Below, one piece after another: positions 1-13,932 of a DNA stretch of 64,000 nt. Every line of letters begins with the position of its first letter. The first letter of the stretch is position 1. The notes under the pieces were generated by a model that did not search any database, was not told where the DNA came from, and was given only the letters and a program-made list of their open reading frames with translations. The position numbers and the translations under genes were made by a program. The stretch is from NCBI GenBank assembly GCA_013265495.1, contig MU058636.1, positions 4,561,741-4,625,740 of the forward strand, in the 5' to 3' direction. This DNA comes from Vicugna vicugna. Lineage: Eukaryota.

Positions 1-65
1 CAAAACTTACCGTTTTATGCACTTGGAAAAAATGTTGCATCATAATAGGACTTATGTGAAATTCC

Positions 66-215
66 TTTTTTTAAACTTTTTTATTGAGTTATAGTCATTT
101 TACAATATTGTATAAAATTCCACTATAGAGCACAATTTTTCACTTGTACATCAACATGCCTATATTCATTGTCACATTTTTTTTCCACTATAGGATACCA
201 CAAGATCTTGTATAT
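66..215 (-). mobile_element. L1 3' end fragment (lineage-specific, camelid/cetartiodactyl-like)
   Basis: T-tract then tttattgagttatagtcattttacaat...cacaagatcttgtatat, resembling the antisense L1 3'UTR terminus seen at 24015 and 58741. Confidence 0.7.
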
Positions 216-2029
216 CTTAATTTTTTTTGTTTTATATCTCTTAGAAGTGTTACTGACCCTTACTGTGTTTCAGCTGAATAGACCACTCCCACGGTCTGGT
301 AGCTGCCCCGGCTTCCCTTTAACTCGTTGCCTTTTTTGCTCACAATATGTTTCTGTGAATTGGTAGACTCATCATTGCTTTAGATGATAAACTTCTGATA
401 AGCACATATCAAGTGAATTTTACAGAGTCATTGTACAGGTTCATAACTATTTGAAATTTAATAAAACCTAAATTTTTTTTTATTAAATGAGCTGGCATCC
501 AAATAAATAAGTACATATGAACCAGGAATTTAATAAATAGTTTGATCTTGACAAAAATCAGAAACTAATCAGACTATAAAGGATTTCACTTAGTCAGTTC
601 ATCAACAGATATTTCTAGTTTCTGTTGTGTCCCCTGCATTGGAAGTCCTTCCCTCCCCATACAGTTCGCACACATGCATATGCATAGCTTCTATATTATA
701 TATGTTTATTATTGTATACAGATGTCTATGTATATATTTTATAGTAGAATTCATCTTGTAAGGCATATTGTGCTGGTGTATATGTATATTATTTCATGAT
801 ATAATACATACTGTATTAACAAAGGCATATGTCAGATTAGACTCTTTTTCAAGTCACTCCTTCCATTGATGTTGTCTGCAGGGGGATCCTAGAGGGGAAC
901 AGCTAAAACTTTGATTTGTGACCTTTAACGTCAATATAGGGCAGCATCTGGTACTGCTCTGGTGGCCCTCCCTGTGCATCCAGGCGACCTATCTTTGCTG
1001 GCCCTTCCAGTTCGGTGCCTGTGTAACGCACCCACTATTGCAGCTGCCAGAACTTCTGTTCTCTTACCCTTGCTTCTGGCTTAAATATGGTTCTAATAAA
1101 ATAGCTCAAGAGGCTGGGTTTGTCGTTTTGGGTGGGCCTGAGTCTCACGCTCAGACAACAGCCTACAAACGACTGCTGTTCCCACAGCCTCCAGCACTTC
1201 CCTGCCCACAACCCACAGTGAGAAACACGTCTTGCATTGTGACCCAGCCCGTGAGTGCACGCACAAGCACACGCACACACAGACACATCTCTGTCGGCAC
1301 AGAGACTGGAAACAAAACTTTCATGAAGCAGCGCTTCCCCCGCTGTGCCGGCAGCCATCGCACTGCTGTTTTCACCTCGATGGTTTTGTTTTGTTTCATC
1401 GCAGGCATCATGGTAGGCACCCACTCAGTTGGTTTCATGATCGAGTAACGGGTCACATCCTGCACTTCGACAAGCTCTGCTGTAAAGATTTCCTAAGCCA
1501 GGTGTTCTCAACACACCATTAGTCAAGTTCCGTCCTGAAATGATGCGCTGTCGTCCTTGATATAATATTCCGCTCCTGGGCATTTCGGTGCTTTGTCTGT
1601 CAGTGTCCTGCTTGGCTGCAGGAAGAGCTCTCTCAGTAGACCTGATGTCAGTCTTAGGTTGAGTGTAGAGTTTCTAAGCCGGAGACAGTTCATGCCCCCA
1701 ATGTATCTTAATGCTTTCTTCATCCTTAATGTAGCAAATAGTTATTGAGTCGTGGGTATTAAGCTAGAAAGTGAGGGTATACGAGGAATTAAACAAATTT
1801 GTTGCCCTTGTTGCAGACAGAAAACAAATACAAAATATGCCCTCACACATCAAGGTGGCCAGTGTTCCTCAGGAGGGGAAAGCCAGTGAAGGGGGTGGAG
1901 GCTCTGGGCAGAGGGAGGTGCCAAAGAGCGTCTGGACAGAGAGCCTCTAATAAAACCAGAAGGAAGTGACCTAGTGAGCCCCCATGCAGTGTCCTCTTTC
2001 CCCCCACTTTGCCCTCATCCTCTTCTGCC

Positions 2030-2632
2030 TTGAAGCCTCCTCTGACTGTATCTATCATCAGTTATTTCTAGATCCCAACGTCAATGTCACCATCCCAGAC
2101 AGTCCTGCCCTTACCCCTCGATCACAGATATGTACCCACCCCCGTTTCTCTTTGTCTTTTGGTGTTTTTTAAAGAATTTTTTAAAACCTGAAGTATGGTT
2201 GGTTTAGCATTTCAAGTGTGCAACAGGGTGATTCAGATTCTTTTCCATTATAGGTTATTACAAGGTATTGAATATAGTTCCCTGTGCTGTACAGCAGGTC
2301 CTTGCTGTGTGTCTGTTGTGTGCGTCGTCATGTGTATCTGTTAATCCCAAGTTCCTGGCTTATCCCTCCCCCCTTTTCCCCTTTGGTAACCCTAAGTTTG
2401 TTCTCTGTGTCTGTGAGTCTGCTCCCGTCTCCCTCTTGCAGCAGCACTCCTAGGACTTCCATGATCATGTTTCTGGGTGTGTTTATTACATAACACCTGT
2501 CTCCCCCGCATACCATCAGCTGGGTGAGAACCGGAGTCACACCTGTCTCCTCCCACCCCCTGTTGCTGGTACAGTAGAGTGGGCCTCTGGTAAACATTTG
2601 GTGACCAATTCAATGAGCAAATTAATGAATGC
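2030..2632 (+). mobile_element. L2 3' relic interrupted by the L1 fragment
   Basis: aatgtcacc...cctgccct and 3' end aaacatttggtga...aatgaat typical of L2; boundaries approximate. Confidence 0.5.
2165..2423 (-). mobile_element. Cetartiodactyl-type L1 3'UTR fragment nested in an older L2 relic
   Basis: ttccattataggttattacaaggtattgaatatagttccctgtgctgtacag...tggtaaccctaagtttgttctctgtgtctgtgagtctg; homologous to copies at 24015 and 58741. Confidence 0.85.
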
Positions 2633-2684
2633 TCTCCTAAATTCACGTGCTCTTCCATTGGCTGATCAACCTGACACTGCCTTA

Positions 2685-3240
2685 TATATTATTATGAAAT
2701 TTTTCAAACACAGGAGAAAGAATAATACAATATACAACACATTGCCATCACTCAGATTCGACAGTTATCAAGATTTAGTCATGTTTACTTCATTTATACC
2801 TATTTTCTCTTAAAGCAGTTTGAATCAATTATAGGCACCATTTCACTGAACTACATCTAATCAGTATACATTCTAGAAGATACAGATACAATGCTGTTAT
2901 CATTCCTAACAAAATTAACCATGATTCTTTGATATTACCTAATACTCAGTTCATATTCAAATTGCTTTGTTATTTTTTAAAAATGTCTTTTAACAGTTGG
3001 TTTCCTCAAATCAAGTTTCGAACAAGGTCCACACATTACTTTTGGTTGTTCTGTCTCCTAAGTCTCCCTTAATCATCCTACCCATTTTTCTCTCTTCCAC
3101 TCTTTATAGAAATTAGTGCAGTTTTATTATAAAATGGACCTAATTCTGGATTCTTTCTTTTGCTTTCTTAGAGTTACATTTAACTTGTTCCTATAGCCCC
3201 CTTGTTTCTTGCAAATGGATATGAGCTTGAATGTTTTGAA
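2685..3240 (-). mobile_element. Old L1M (L1MC/L1ME-like) 3' region
   Basis: attatgaaatttttcaaaca, caaggtccacacatt...ttggttg..tgtctc motifs, shared with the 23810-24860 relic. Confidence 0.55.
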
Positions 3241-4880
3241 AACTTGATGAACTTGGGCATAGGGCAAGGTACAGTTCCCTCTCTGCCACTCTGCTGAAGT
3301 CATTTCTGTTCTCATGCTAGGAGGCTGGGAACCACTCTGTCGGTCCAAGAATACATAGCCAACAGTTTTCAGTGCTTGGGTGTAGTAACTCTGACCAATG
3401 TCCTGCCACAGGGAGGGAATTTTGAGAAAGCTTCTTGAGTCACTATTCTAAAAAAGTTCCTTAAACACCTTAATCATTACAAAACCTCGCCAGGAAACAT
3501 ATCTTGCATGTTTTCCTTATTGAGAAAGTGTGATTTGGCAGGATTTCAGATCCTCTCTGTAAGATGTAGGACCTTCCTTTCTGTTCTGATGGGCCTCATC
3601 CAGGTTCCCACCTTCACTCTTTTTCTCATGGTAGGTACAGTGGTCTTTAACTCATATTGTCCCTCAAATAGCCGGTTTTTTTAGCCCAGCCTACACAGCA
3701 ATATTAGATCATCAATCTTCCCAGAATCTTGCTGCCCCCAGCTAAAATCCAAACGCGTCGGCTTGTCATCCAAGACCTTCCTTCTAATAATAAGAATTAA
3801 AACCTACATTTTTGTGGGGCTTAGGAGCTGACATTTTTTCATGTCTATACTTGGTCAATAATCTCATTCACACCAAGACTGTACTGTGGAATCAGATGAG
3901 TTCAGTTCGATTAAGTAAGCACAATTTTTAAGTTACCTATGGCAGGCATTGTGCTAAGTGTTTGGGATAAAGACAGGATGTCATCCTGGTCTCTGGGACT
4001 TCGCAGTTCCTTGATGAAGACAAAGTCTGAGCACATGTGCTGGGATGGGATGTGTAGGGGAGGGCGAGGGGAGAAGGGGGGAGGAGAGGCCCAGGAGATG
4101 CCTCCACTCTCCCACTATGCTATGCCCTCGCCTCGGCTCCCGTTCCTCATCTTTGCCTCTCTGAATCCTACCTGTCCTTTAAAACTTGGATCAAATGCCA
4201 TCTCTTCCAGGAAGTCTGGCTAATTAGTGGCCCGGAACAGAGATGATGCCTCTGCCCTTCTAGGCCTAGTACAGCATTTTGGGAAAGGCAGACTCTCAGG
4301 ACATAATTGGAAAAAAAAAATGTTGACGCAAGTCCTGAGTTTACAGCTAGGGATAAAGACAGGTTTCCTCTTGTGTTCACCTGTGCTGGAGAGGGTCACC
4401 GGTCTCAGACAGGTAAGTGGAAGCAGAGAAGAAATGGAGGCAGAACTGGAGGGGTCAGGATTACCTGTGAAGCTCTCGTTTAGAGAGAGGACAGACGATA
4501 AAATCTCACTGGTTTGTGTTAATTCAAGGGAAGGCAAGTGTTAGTGTTACTAAATATTCGAATCATGAAAATTTTGAATAAGTGACGTTTTTATGCATTT
4601 TCAGTGCATACTGTTGTATAGTCACAGACTCCTGGAGCTAGGAAAGGCAAGATGGCCTAGCCTCTTTAAGAATGACAGGTAAGGAAACTGAAGCCCAGCT
4701 GTGGAAGTTTATCCCGCAGGGTCACGCAGAGCCATGCTAGGACATTGACCTCTGACTCCCCACTCAGTGCTCTTTCTCTCTTTTGCCTACGGATAAATGA
4801 CTTGGTCAGAGTTAAGGAAGCACATCCTTTTTGCTGTGGGCAAAAGGAAATAAAAACAATTTTATCAGCTTTGCTTTCCT

Positions 4881-5037
4881 CAGAAACCTCAGCATATGGT
4901 CCCCGGGGCCAGCAGCACTGGTGTAACCTGGGAATTGGTTTGAAATGCAAATTGCCGAGCCCCACCCCGACCCACTGAATCAGTTGGGGCCCAGCCTTCC
5001 AGGTGGATCTGGTGTGCAGAGTTTCTGAGCACCACTG
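4881..5037. mobile_element. MER5A-like hAT-Charlie MITE
   Basis: ggtcccc..gccagcagca..acctggga..gaaatgcaaatt..ccccacccc..ctgaatcag...gagcaccactg. Confidence 0.75.
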
Positions 5038-6159
5038 ATACACTAGGAAAATTAGCAAATCTTGTTCAAAGCTGATGTTAAAAAAGATGCAAGGGCTTGT
5101 ACAATTTATCACAAATTTTGAATTAATGAATTTTCAATTAATGAGATTTCGCTCCATAAAATGAGCCAGAATTGGAAGAAAATAGAAAGGAGAACATGGG
5201 AGGAAGGGGAGGGGAGGACAGGCAGCGAGCACCACAGGAATGAAAGCAGTTTGTCAGTTCTGTCCTGGAGAAGGAAGTTGAAATTCAGGCTTGTCCTGCC
5301 GCTAGCAGGTTATTCGATCTCCTTTTGGTGAGAAAGGACCTTGAAATGTCAGTGTAACCTCATCTTCCTTTGCTCACAGATCTTGGCAAACATTCTTTCA
5401 GGCTCTGATGACAGTAGTTACTTTAAAAATCGAGGGAAAGTCCGTGTAATTGCATCTTAGCAGATGACAGACATTTATAAAGGAAATCACTGAAGTGTTA
5501 CTGTCATTTCTCTAAGATAAAATACTGGAAGGCAAAGGAAGAGGGGAAGAAAACGGCTGTGCCTTGATGCTTACACTCTGTTTATTGAACTCCTTCACTC
5601 TCCCCAAGGTATTCTGTCTTTGGGCGACCAAAGACAAAGACAAAGGTTTTGAGAGGCTGCAGATTGAGGTAAACACAGAGAACCGCGCCTTCAAGTTCAC
5701 TTGCTGCTTCTTAGGATAACAACCTGTTAAAGGTTATATCATTTGGGAAAAATAGCCTCTAGACCTTTCTAAGGTATGTCATTAGTCACATTTCATGGAT
5801 TTTTATGAATCTTCATTCTTGATGGGTTTTTTTATTCCTAGCCTTTCTCAGACCCCTCTAATGGTTAAAAGCTCTGCTCAAGGTAAAGAGGGAAGACAGC
5901 TTGGCAGGAGGGACCCCCAGGGCTAGAGGTTGTGTGAGTCTTTCTAGAAAATAATCAACTATACTAATCTAGAGGAAGACTTGGTCTCCAAATTGCAACA
6001 TTAATGTTTTATTTTGTCATCCCGTGATGTACCCAAAGCAGCTTACGCCAGGGAAAACACTCATGGGTAAGGGGGCTTACTGTATTCAGTTTTCATCACT
6101 TGCGACTGATTTGTTTTAAAAGACCGAGTGATAGGGGTGCTCAGAAAATACGTTCTCAA

Positions 6160-6310
6160 GTAGACATGGGCTCAGATCCTGAGTCAACCTCTCTGTGACT
6201 GTGGGCAAATCACTTAACCTCTCTGAACCTACATGGTCTTATCTGTAAAAGGGAGATTGTTAGGCCTTCTAGGATTATTTTTGAGGATCAAAGATATGAC
6301 CTATCCTTGA
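6160..6310 (+). mobile_element. MIR SINE
   Basis: Core tgtgactgtgggcaaatcacttaacctctctgaacct...atctgtaaaaggg. Confidence 0.75.
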
Positions 6311-7496
6311 GATATGTTGTGAACCCTGAAACCTGAAGGGACACAGTTTGAGAACTATAGAATGAAGAGAACTAAATAGTGTGAGATAAAGGAGGAATTT
6401 GTTTAATTAACAAAAATGGGAGAAACATTTTACATTATTAGAATTTGATGGAAATTAATTACACAGAACTTAACATGTCATTGAATTTACTTTTCTTCCA
6501 AGGCAAAAATTATTTTGGAGTATTTTGACCTAGCAGTCTCTTCTTGACCTACTTTGAAATATATAATATTATTCAGGAATCATCCATCTCTTAAGACTTG
6601 TTTTTCTGTTGCTTAAAGTAATTCTTCTCATCTCAACATTTTCTCTTTCTTAGCAACGTTCTTTGGAGGAACATAATTCATACTTGGAGGGTTTTTTCTT
6701 TTCATCCTAATTTACTTTGCATGACCTTTGGGATTTCTGGTCATTTTGAGTATTTGCACTACCTTTAAAAAGCCAGCTCCAAAGCACCCTCATAAATGCT
6801 TTAGTGGACAATTTATTATTGTTCTATACACAGTGTGACATGTTCTCACGGTAGCTGCATCATCCTTGGTTTGTTATATTTTATGAAATGTTCTCATAAT
6901 TCCAGTAAACAAAATAAGACCTACAGGGAGAGGGGGATTGTGGGAGAAAGCATGGCCCTAAGGAAGGCTCCAGCTCTTGGTTACTTAAGGGGTTGTTCTC
7001 AGAATCTACTAAATGAGTGAGGCACCGAGAAGTGGCAGAAAGAATAACTTACATCTAACTGGGGACACAGGTCGAATCAGTTATTCCTGTGTTGAGAGAC
7101 AAGGCTGCATGGATCTCTCGAAGTCAAGTTGTTTGAATGGGCCTCCATCTCTAAGAGGAGTACCTACTTTGAACAGTTACCACTTACCATCCCTGGGTAC
7201 TTCAAAAAAAAAAAAAAAAAAAAGGAAACCATTTTTTATTTCAAATGTTCAGTCTGATTCCAGTCATGAAAACATCAGAAAAAGCATTGAGTGTTTTGAC
7301 AAACTGGCACTTTGCTTATCTGTCTTTGTAAGATGCTGAAGACCAGGCCAAGATGACTCCTTTCTCCGAGTCCCGTACTCCATGAAGGAGACTGTACCAT
7401 CTGGGCACCTCTGTTCAGAGAAGAGCAGGTTCTTCTATTCACGCACTAGGTTTAATTTTCCCTTTTTCTTTTAGAACGTATTGCAATCTAATACAC

Positions 7497-7524
7497 TGTG
7501 TGTACGTGTACACACACACACACG
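7497..7524. repeat. Alternating purine-pyrimidine (TG)/(CA) microsatellite
   Basis: tgtgtgtacgtgtacacacacacacacg. Confidence 0.85.
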
Positions 7525-9384
7525 GAATTGCTGATGCTGTGAGCCTGCCTCAGTAAACTGTAAACTCCAGGAGGGCAGGAATCATCCATTCTGTTCACTG
7601 CCATTTTCCCACTGAAACTCGGGCCCTCATTCATTAAATATCAGTTGAAGTGAAGTGAGTGAATGCACAAATGGTAGGCTATAGTGAGCGATGGCATTGA
7701 CTTCTCTGAAAATCTGAGAAACTCAGTTGCTGTCTGTCGTAGAACATAGACTGCCACTTTTAGCCTCTGGGGCATTTATATGAGGAAACTCATTATAGCC
7801 TTTCCTTTCCTTTGGTGTCATAATAAAAATGTAGCCGAGCTACCAGTTGTGGGGGCGTTTGTGTCAGTGTTGCAGTTAGGAGGTGAGTAATTCCTGGCAA
7901 TGTTGGTAACTCAGGGAAATTGTACTGAAACTGTAGCCAGCTAAGAGCGGTCACACTAGAAATTAAAGAATTAAATAGGTCAATGAAATTAGGGGAAAAA
8001 ATATAATCACGTTCAAAAGATAATCACTTGCTGTCAGAAATAGATCTAATAAAGAGGTAACGAATGGGTTGCAAAAGCCTAAAGCCGACTTCTTACGAAT
8101 TAAGGAACAGACCCTGCTTTATAGAAGAAATAGAGACCCAGTGAGGGAGGAAAAGACTCCCTGAAACCATCCAGCAGAACCAAATAAAAATAATAAAATA
8201 GCATCAACAAAACCCATTTAAGACAAAAGCAGGTGACAGAGAAGAATTAGAATGTATTTAATCCAAGATTACAGTAACTGTGACAACCTGCAGGAGGTGG
8301 CGATGTTGCCTCCAAGCCTGTGAGAATGTCACCTTCTGTGTCCCTGTACTAAATGCCTTCAGGCAACTGCAGTTTTACGTTCTGGTGGCTTTTGAGAGTT
8401 ATGCCTTTTTTTCTTCTTCTTTTGCTGTTAATGCTTCTATTCTTTGATATTGTACCTTTCCCTTGTCATTTTCTGTTTCCAGACTATTGTGAATTTAGAA
8501 ACTAGACAATTGATCTTAATTATGTGTAGATTAAGAACAAGCAAGCGCTGAGGGAGGGTCTGAGGATTTTTTTCCCAATGGCAATGGTCTAACATTCAGA
8601 CTAGTCTGGACTGGGCGACTTAGTTTTGACTGCCGGGAACTTCTATTTTCTGCTTCTCAACTATATTGTTACTGAGTAACGGAGTCACTGAAAGGTGCCA
8701 TGTCACATGTTTACTTTTGAAAATTATCCTAACAAAAGCCTAGGATTTATTATGAATTAATTATGGTAGGATGAAAAGGGTACTAAAACTCGGGAGTGGA
8801 TCTAGCTCAAGGACACTTACCCCATTAACTCTCACCACATCTCCATCTGCCCAGCTGATCTATTTGCAACCAGAATGCAAGGAATCCTCCCCTTGAGTCA
8901 CGTTCAGCTCTGGCACAGGGCTCTGCTGGGCGAGGGCGGTTCCGGCTCACTGAGGCTGTGCACGCATACTTTGGTACTCACAAGGATAGCTGGCTTTTAA
9001 GTACAGGTGGATACCTTTTTTTTTCTTTTAAATGATAGCAGTGAATTGGTACTTTGGTACTTTTAAATGGAAGATTTATCTGGGAGACATTCTGGTATCT
9101 GCATTTCAGCTATTCTGGTTCAAAATGCAGCTTTGCAAGAGGACTGCCAGAAGTCACTCTTACGAAAATTCTCTCACTGTAGTTATGACTTTCAGGCCCC
9201 AGAGCCTTACAAGTATGGATCTGGTCTTGCAGTTGTATATATCCCATCAGCCCGATGATTACTGTCTTCTAGGAATGGATTGAATCCCATGGAGAACTAA
9301 AGATAATAAAAAGTCCTCCACTTGGACTTTTTCAGTTTCTATTCCGTCTCCAGTCCTGTGACCCAGTGCCCTTGATACATTAGA

Positions 9385-9575
9385 AAGACGCCCCGCGGCG
9401 CTCTTGCGTGCTTCTGTGGGTTGGACTGGGAGGCTGTCTGCCTCCGCCGGGTGCTTGCCCTTAGAGCAGGAGGTAACGCGGCGGAATGGCCGGGACTTTG
9501 ATTTGCGTCATCTGATTTGGAATCTGCCCTTTTGGCAAGCTGCTTGGAGTGCCGATTGCTAATGACTCTTCGTTG
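9385..9575 (+). promoter_or_regulatory. Small CpG-rich patch in intron 1; candidate enhancer/alternative promoter
   Basis: Local CpG cluster (gacgccccgcggcgc, ccgccggg, aacgcggcgg, gccggg, tgcgtca) in otherwise CpG-depleted intron; not recognisable as a repeat. Confidence 0.4.
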
Positions 9576-11716
9576 CAAATACTGCCCCCTCTTCCTTTAA
9601 AGACTGACTGCTGCTGCTTCTCATAGAGTTCCCTCCTTATGAACCCCTTCAAGACGTACAGAAATAAAGTATGGCCCTTTTAGTCAGCTGTTTAAGGAGA
9701 TTTGTTGAACATGATCCGTGTGAGGAACTCTGTGTCAGATCTGGGAAGCTACAGTCCTTTTAGGGGGCGCAGTTAAAAGAGTGTATGGTTCAGTTACAGG
9801 ACCAACCCTCAGCAAAACTGCACGACCAGTTGATCATGACTTCACTCATCAGTTCTCTGGAGTCTCCATTAGGTCATGTCAGATGGACAGCGCCGCAGGC
9901 TGTGAGTTAAATGTTTAAATCTTACAAGTTTACCAGTGAGGATTGGCCTGATGGAGGTTGGTTTTATGGCGATAAGACTAGAAGAGGTTCTGAAAGGCCA
10001 GGAGGGTGAGATGAACGGAGAAGGGAGAGCAGCAGCCGGAGACAAAGCAGGAAGGCGGGGATGAGAACGGTGCATCCTGGGGCCAGCCGAGGCATCAGCA
10101 CACCATGGGCGCAGTCAGAGCTGGGCCATGTGTTTGAGGCTTGATGATGAAAATTGACAGCCATTGACAATTTTGAGCAGTGATGTGTTACAGTGAAACT
10201 GAGGGAAGATTCAGTTGTTATGTAAAATGAGTGAACTTAAGCCAGCAAAGGGGCTGCTGTCATAATGTAGCCATAGGTTTCCAGGGACCTAGACTAGGAT
10301 GGAGCTAAGGAGAATGGAGAAAAAATGGAATCATACACAGCATATTTTATTTTTATAACTTAAGAGGCCATTTTCTTCAAGTTTAGTAGTAGTTGAGATG
10401 TGGGAAGACCCTCCAGATGGAAGCCCCCTCCCCAGATGGAAGGCAGGTTAAATGAGTGAGAGACGGAGGGGCATTCAGAAAGAGCAGAAAAGATGAAGGA
10501 GAATCTGCAACATGACATGAGGACGTGTTGGTAATTCCATAAAATAAATGAAATTTTTGCACAGCTTCCTCAGAATTTGACTTGAAGTAGAAAGAAGATA
10601 AGAGAAGCCTTGAATTCTTCTGTAGCTTTGAGGAGAGTGTTCTGCTTCCGTGGAGAACTTTTTCCTCCTTTATTATCAATGACACACCACCATTCTCTTG
10701 ATATCCAAACCTGAGTGCAAACTGGAAGTCTACTTTTTCTCTTTACTCCTTTCCTTAATCTCTGTATCTAGTCACCCAAAACTAAATTGTCTCCCTTTTA
10801 AAAGTCTACCTTATCCTCACCCTGCCCTCAGCATTCCTAATGCCTCTATCCTTAGCGTACACACTCTCGTATTTCTTTTGCTGGATATTGATAACTGACC
10901 ATCTCACAAGGACGTCGGTGGAAGGGGCTAGTGCCTGTCAGAATTCGACATGTCAAAGGATAGTAGAAAGTAGAGAGACATGAAATTTTCATTTATGAGT
11001 AAGAAATTTTTTTTGCTGTAACTGTCAAATTAAAATACTGGTCCAACTGTTGCAGCCTGAAAGGAGGTCATTCACTAGAGACTGTTAGAGCTGCCTCTGT
11101 TCAAGATCTGATCCAAGTAGGGAATCTACAGTTTATAAAGAATGAGGAGGGGGTGTCCCAGCTTGAACCAGAGGATGGTGAGAGGGAAAAGTTAAAGCCA
11201 CACCTTGGATGGCATAGAAGGGGTGCTGCCTGAGCCTTTTCTCTCTCAAGGGGGTCATCCCTTTTGGGAGTGAGAGCCAACTGGGCTTCTGAAAACTGGG
11301 TCTGGAAAACTTGTGGGAGGGAGGATCCCAGAGTCTTTTCCATTATTAGAATAAAGCACAGAAGACGGAGAGATCCTGGTCGTTCAGAAAACCAGGACAA
11401 GAAATCAGTTTTGTTCCTCTATGCATTTTCTTAGTCCATTTCCCTGAAACATAATAAAGAATCTAAAAATGTCTTAAATGTCGTAGGATTTATCAGTTGT
11501 ATTATGTCCTTGCAACACAATTTACCTAAAGCCATGTGGCAACCAGAATTGTTTTGAGGTGATCAAATATGCAACTTAATGTTATCAAAATAATTAAATC
11601 CTGACACCTTAAGGCCAGGTTATGCTATTAAGTGCAACATTCTTCATGTGATTCATGTCCTTATATGTATGGTTTAACACAGCCAGTCTGAATATTATGT
11701 TATTTTTGGCTGGTAA

Positions 11717-11968
<252 letters not shown>

Positions 11969-12279
11969 TAAATTCATCTTGACACTGAATATAGATTTTA
12001 CAGCTCTAAGAAAGGGTGGATGGCTTTTCCCCTAATTTCCAAAGGGTTTTTGACACCGTGGGCAGTTTTTAAAGATAATAGTTAAGTTTCCTCATTATAG
12101 AAAAGAAATTTGAGGCTCAAGGATAAAACAATCCTCAGCAAATACCATTTAGCAGTATGCTTCACTGCTGCATTGAGGACTAGTAGGCATTTAACAATAA
12201 GAAGTATTAATCGTGGAAAAATCGTGTTCAGTCTCTGCTGTGACTTCTTTAATCGAAATCCTTTGTCCAGTTTTTTTTC

Positions 12280-12650
12280 GGTTTAAAACAATATGTATTT
12301 ATTATCTCACAGTTTCTATAGGTTGGGAGTTCAGGATACAGCTTATTTGGGTCTTCTGCAGTCAAGGTATCAGCTAGGGCTGTGGTCTCATCTGAGACTC
12401 AAGTGGGGAAAAGATTTGCTTCCAAGTTCTTGTGATTGTTAGCAGAATCCAGTTCCTTGCAGGCTGTGATGAGGGACCATCTCAAGATTCTGCTTGTCAG
12501 CTAAAGGCTGACCTCAGTCTCTTGTCACATGACTCCCCACTTAGCAGCTTGGAGCGTGGCAGCTTGCTTCTTCAAAACCAGCAAGGAATAAAAGTCTTCG
12601 CAAGATGGACATTACAGTCTTATGTGGTGTAATTGTGTGCACCTCATTGT
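12280..12650 (-). mobile_element. MaLR (MLT1-type) solo LTR relic
   Basis: ttaaaacaa..atttattatctcacagtttct..aggttgggagttcagg..caaggtatcagc.agggctg...cagttccttgcaggctgt. Confidence 0.75.
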
Positions 12651-13509
12651 CTACACACCTTGTTTTTAAAGTAAATGAGAAAAAAATCATCATTCAAGTG
12701 GATGCCTGAACTCCCAGTTTGAGAACGAATGGTCTTAGTGACACGTTATCTGAGGAAGTTTTTTGATGAGTTGCTCAGAAATACCACTCTGTTACCTGTT
12801 ATCTGAAAATCGGAAGATGGGAAATTCTTGACTCACCTTACCTTTAGGTCCCTTATTAGGTGGATAGTGCCCTTCACAGTCAGTAAGTCAGTACCTCTCT
12901 TTGCAAATGGTTCTGCTGCAGAATAAGACTTGTGCTTCAGCCTTGTGTTAATTACCTGCACGAGGGCTCTAAGGACAAAGTAGAGTGCTGAGACTCAAAA
13001 GGACAGTCAGGAAGGAAGGAAGTCCAATTGGAAGATTCAGATTACCTTTTTTCTGACCTTGGCAGGCCACACACAGTAAGAGAAAGGGAAGGGACTCAGG
13101 ATGGTGCAGTACCTCCTGTGAGGGCACTGGGGCAGAAGAGGTCTGAGGTTGGCTTTAAGGCATCATCGCTTAAAATAATTAAATGTAATAGTGAGCCCAC
13201 AGCACAGAGTGTCTCAAAAAAAGGTGTAACTGATGATCTTCGACATCATGTATTAAAAATGACCTTTCTAAGAATCGCATTTGAAGGTTTGGGAATCAAA
13301 ATTCAGGAATATTTATTACCTGTGTGGTTACCTGAAAGTTACAAACTTTGAATTTTAAAGTTTTCATTAGATCAGTGGAGGTTAGCTTTCTAACTTCTTA
13401 TAAAGGAAAATGTTTTCTTGGTTTTCAGTTAAATTGTTTAAATGGAACCTTAGTACTGTCCCTGCTTCCCGTTCACCCATGTTTTGTGTTCCTACTACTC
13501 TTACTGGTA

Positions 13510-13735
13510 ATAAATAGCTAATACTTCTCAAGTACTTATGATGTGCTGGGCACTGTGCTTAGCTTATCTCCTTTAATCTTCACAGTGACCTTAGGTTGGT
13601 AGCATTTCTATCCCTGTTGACAATGGGAAAAGCTGGCACAGAAAGGGGAGAATAATCACCCAAGGTCACACAGTGTGGGTGTGGATTCAAGCAGCGTGGC
13701 TTCATAGCCCACCTCTGAACCGTTCTGCACTCTGT
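13510..13735 (-). mobile_element. MIR SINE
   Basis: gtgctgggcactgtgct..tttaatcttcacagtgacct..ggcacagaaagggg..cccaaggtcacacag..ggattcaa. Confidence 0.75.
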
Positions 13736-13916
13736 TGCCAGTCTTTGCATGGTCATCTTCATGTAAAGATACCTTCTTTAACTTCTTAAAACAAGCCAAC
13801 ACAGGGCTCTCCTATAACTTGAGTCCAAAAATCATGTACTCAAATTCCTGTTGCCCCAAACAGTGCTGATCTCTGGACCCCTCTGAGCTCCTTGAGAGCT
13901 GCTGAGGCAGCCCTGC

Positions 13917-13932
13917 CCCTCCCCCTGGTGGA
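13917..13932 (-). promoter_or_regulatory. Candidate CTCF site
   Basis: Minus strand TCCACCAGGGGGAGGG versus CTCF core CCACCAGGGGGCGC; motif match only. Confidence 0.35.

Noticed and set aside
1288..1305. Hairpin tctctgt-cggc-acagaga
   Set aside because: A 7-bp stem is expected by chance in 64 kb.
918..1522. Cluster of overlapping ORFs on both strands (up to 176 aa)
   Set aside because: No recognisable protein; the longest starts at a non-ATG codon and all cross a CA-rich simple repeat. Stop-poor GC-richer intron sequence.
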